Shown: positions 61,642-64,000 of the stretch, in pieces
How the letters are laid out: each line of letters starts with the position of its first letter
Position numbering within the stretch: the stretch's first letter is position 1
Assembly (NCBI GenBank): GCA_965220695.1
Contig: OZ244838.1
Coordinates: 1,308,951-1,372,950, forward strand
DNA: 64,000 nucleotides
DNA from: Vicinamibacterales bacterium
Lineage (GTDB): Bacteria; Acidobacteriota; Vicinamibacteria; Vicinamibacterales; UBA8438
Direction: 5' to 3'
Translations under genes and position numbers: made by a program
The notes under the pieces: model-generated
What the model saw: only the letters and a program-made list of their open reading frames with translations
Database searches by the model: none
What the model was told of the DNA's origin: nothing

Positions 61642-63192
61642 ATGGACCTGAGACGAATCGCCGGATGTGCGGTCCTGGTGCTTGGGACGGCAGCGGCCGC
61701 GGGCGCCGCCGAGGAGGCGGCGCTGGCCGACGCGGTCGAGCATCGCGACAGCGCGCGTGTCCGCACGCTGCTCGATGGCGGCGCCGACGTCAACCTCCCG
61801 CAGGTCGACGGCATGACCGCCCTGCACTGGGCCGTGTATCACGATGACGCCGAGACGGCGGCGCTGCTCGTGCGCGCCGGCGCCGACGTCAACGCCGGAA
61901 ACCGCTATGGCGTGGCGCCGCTGTCCACGGCCGCGACCAACGCCAACGCCGACCTCGTCACGCTGCTGCTCGACGCCGGCGCCGACCCCAACCACACGTT
62001 GCGCGGGGGCGAGACGGTCTTGATGACGTCGGCGCGGACCGGCAGTCTCGGCGCGGTGCGGGCGCTGCTGGCCCGGGGCGCCGACCCGAACGCCGTCGAG
62101 CTGCGGAATCAGACCCCGCTCATGTGGGCGGCGGCAGAGGGGCATACGGCGGTCGTCCACGCCCTCCTCGAGGTGGGCGCCGATCTCGATGCCAGGCTCA
62201 AGTCCGGGTTCACGCCGCTGTTCTTCGCCGTGCGGGAAGGCCATGTCGACGTCGTGCATACGTTGCTCGAGGCCGGGGCCAATGTGCGCGAGGTGCTGCA
62301 GCGCGTGAAGGAGGGGCCCGATCGCGCGGTCAACAACGCGAGCTACCGGCCGGTCGACGATGGCGTCAGCCCGTTGATCATGGCGGTGCGGAACGGACAC
62401 TTCGAGTTGGCGGTCGCGCTGATCGAAACGGGGGCGGACGTGAACGACCAGCGCAGCGGTTTCACCCCGCTGCACACGATGAGCTGGGTACGGAAGCCGG
62501 ACGAAAGCGACCGGGGCGACCCGGCGCCGATCGGGTCGGGCAGCCTGACGAGCCTCGACTTCGTGGGGACGCTGGTGAAATTGGGCGCCGACGTGAACCT
62601 GCGCCTGGACGAGGGCGCGCCGCGGCAGCCGAACTCCGCGTCCCGGCTCGACTCGGGCGGCGCCACGCCGTTCCTCCTGGCCGCCGATCGGGCGGACGCC
62701 GCGCTGATGCAGCAACTGCTCGATCTCGGCGCCGACCCGTTCATCCCGAACTTCGACAACACGACGCCGCTGATGACCGCCGCCGGTCTCGGCACGACGG
62801 CGCCCGAAGAAGAGGCCGGCACCGAGCCCGAGGCGCTGATCGCCACGCAGTTGCTGCTTGACCTCGGCGCCGATATCGACGCCGTGAACGACGAGGGCGA
62901 TACCGCCATGCACGGCGCGGCCTACGGCAGCTTCCCGACGGTCGTGCAGTTGCTGGCGGACCACGGCGCCGACATTCACGTCTGGAAGAACACGAACAAG
63001 CAGGGCCGCACGCCGCTGTTCATCGCCGAAGGCCACCGCGGCGGATTGCCTCGACCCTCGCGGGCGACCATCGCAGCGATCACCGTGCTGATGGACGGCG
63101 CCGGTGTGCCGACCGACGGGCCGCGACCGAAGATCGTCGACATCTACGCGCGGCCGGTCGAGCCGCCGAAGCCCGCGCAGCCGCAGCGCTAG
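61642..63192 (+). CDS. Secreted ankyrin-repeat protein
   Basis: It has a signal peptide followed by many 'G.TALHWA...G......LL..GADVN' ankyrin units. GGAGAG lies upstream of ATG 61642. Confidence 0.8.
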   Translation: MDLRRIAGCAVLVLGTAAAAGAAEEAALADAVEHRDSARVRTLLDGGADVNLPQVDGMTALHWAVYHDDAETAALLVRAGADVNAGNRYGVAPLSTAATNANADLVTLLLDAGADPNHTLRGGETVLMTSARTGSLGAVRALLARGADPNAVELRNQTPLMWAAAEGHTAVVHALLEVGADLDARLKSGFTPLFFAVREGHVDVVHTLLEAGANVREVLQRVKEGPDRAVNNASYRPVDDGVSPLIMAVRNGHFELAVALIETGADVNDQRSGFTPLHTMSWVRKPDESDRGDPAPIGSGSLTSLDFVGTLVKLGADVNLRLDEGAPRQPNSASRLDSGGATPFLLAADRADAALMQQLLDLGADPFIPNFDNTTPLMTAAGLGTTAPEEEAGTEPEALIATQLLLDLGADIDAVNDEGDTAMHGAAYGSFPTVVQLLADHGADIHVWKNTNKQGRTPLFIAEGHRGGLPRPSRATIAAITVLMDGAGVPTDGPRPKIVDIYARPVEPPKPAQPQR

Positions 63193-63207
63193 CGCCAGGA
63201 GCCCGTA

Positions 63208-64000
63208 GTGCACTTCCCGCGCGTCGTGTCACCAACCCACGTGGTCTGTCTCTGCATCGTCCTGCTGGCGCCGGCATGGGGTACGGCCCCGGCGGCGGCC
63301 CAGTCGGAGGACGCGTTCGTCCCGGTCACGGACGACATGCTCGAGAATCCGTCACCCGACGACTGGCTCATGTGGCGCCGCACGCAAAATGGCTGGGGCT
63401 ACAGCCCGCTCGACCAGATCGACCGTGACAACGTGGGCGATCTGCAGATGGTCTGGACCCGGGCAATGGCGCCGGGCGCCCAGGAGGGGACCCCGCTGGC
63501 GTACGGCGGCACCGTGTTCATGCCGAATCCCAAGGACCATGTCCAGGCGATCGACGCGGTCAGCGGTGATCTGCTGTGGGAGTATCGGCGCGACCTTCCG
63601 GACGACGTCCCCGAGGTCATGGGCGGCCTGACCGACAACAACCGCAACATCGCGATCTACGGCCGGCTGATCATCGATACGAGCAATGACGACTACGTCT
63701 ACGCACTCGACGCGATCACCGGCGATCTGGTCTGGGAACGGCAGATCTTCGACTACCGCGTGCACCCGGCGCGGCATTCCGCCGGTCCGATCGTCGCCAA
63801 CGGCAAGATCGTGTCCGGGCGCAGTTGCCGGCCGCTGGCGGGGCCGGTCTCGTGCGTCATCGTCGCCCACGATGCCGTCACCGGCGACGAGCTGTGGCGC
63901 ACGGCCCTCGTGCCCGCGCCGGGCGAGCCGGGCGACGAGACCTGGGGCGGCGTGCCCTACGAGGAGCGGATACACGTCGGGTCCTGGATGGTGCCCAGCT
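63208..64000 (+). CDS. PQQ-dependent dehydrogenase, paralog of 37549..39345 (3' end outside window)
   Basis: Not in the ORF track because it is open to the window edge. GTG 63208 follows AGGAG. 'FVPVTDDMLENPSPDDWLMWRRTQNGWGYSPLDQIDRDNVGDLQMVW' aligns colinearly with the N-terminus of 37549..39345. Confidence 0.75.
   Translation, partial: MHFPRVVSPTHVVCLCIVLLAPAWGTAPAAAQSEDAFVPVTDDMLENPSPDDWLMWRRTQNGWGYSPLDQIDRDNVGDLQMVWTRAMAPGAQEGTPLAYGGTVFMPNPKDHVQAIDAVSGDLLWEYRRDLPDDVPEVMGGLTDNNRNIAIYGRLIIDTSNDDYVYALDAITGDLVWERQIFDYRVHPARHSAGPIVANGKIVSGRSCRPLAGPVSCVIVAHDAVTGDELWRTALVPAPGEPGDETWGGVPYEERIHVGSWMVPS

Noticed and set aside
60232-63213. 993-aa ORF on the minus strand spanning the DUF1552 and ankyrin genes
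   Set aside because: It is antisense to two well-supported plus-strand genes. The product is Arg/Gly/Ala/Val-rich low-complexity sequence typical of stop-poor shadow frames in high-GC DNA.

Overview
Very GC-rich bacterial chromosomal segment. Gene content points to a Gram-negative organism: two CarboxypepD_reg/TonB-dependent receptors, a DUF1592/DUF1552 pair and periplasmic PQQ dehydrogenases. An Acidobacteriota/Gemmatimonadota-like origin is only a guess. Roughly two thirds is ordinary metabolism and envelope: sulfatase, YbdK, FolB, tannase, a thiolase operon, several secreted hydrolases, PQQ dehydrogenases, a TlpA-like protein and an ankyrin protein. Four accessory patches interrupt it. (i) 14.3-18.0 kb holds an MmeI-like single-chain Type IIG R-M enzyme plus a decayed RHH/PIN toxin-antitoxin (TA) pair. 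(ii) 20.9-32.8 kb is a mosaic of defence/TA-type genes: an SRA-like HNH endonuclease, a nucleotidyltransferase (NTase)-BrnA pair, an IS630 relic, a Sel1-protease, a DUF222-HNH gene with palindrome-bearing repeats, an AbiEii module and a low-GC HEPN gene. A 40-bp direct repeat brackets 10.2 kb of this patch, and its HEPN cassette is flanked by two inverted MITE copies. (iii) 39.4-42.8 kb holds a gutted P4-type integrase, a PD-(D/E)xK operon and a wHTH/PIMT-like pair, ending at a truncated rseP. (iv) 48.3-51.5 kb is a lower-GC nuclease pair, one gene split by an intact IS630 that has a -1 frameshift site and a TA target duplication. A ~160-220 bp MITE-like repeat that I do not recognise occurs five times and overlaps three gene termini. 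I found no rRNA, tRNA or CRISPR array. Many long ORFs in the track are antisense or out-of-frame shadows typical of high-GC DNA. All family calls come from motif recognition by eye; no searches were run.
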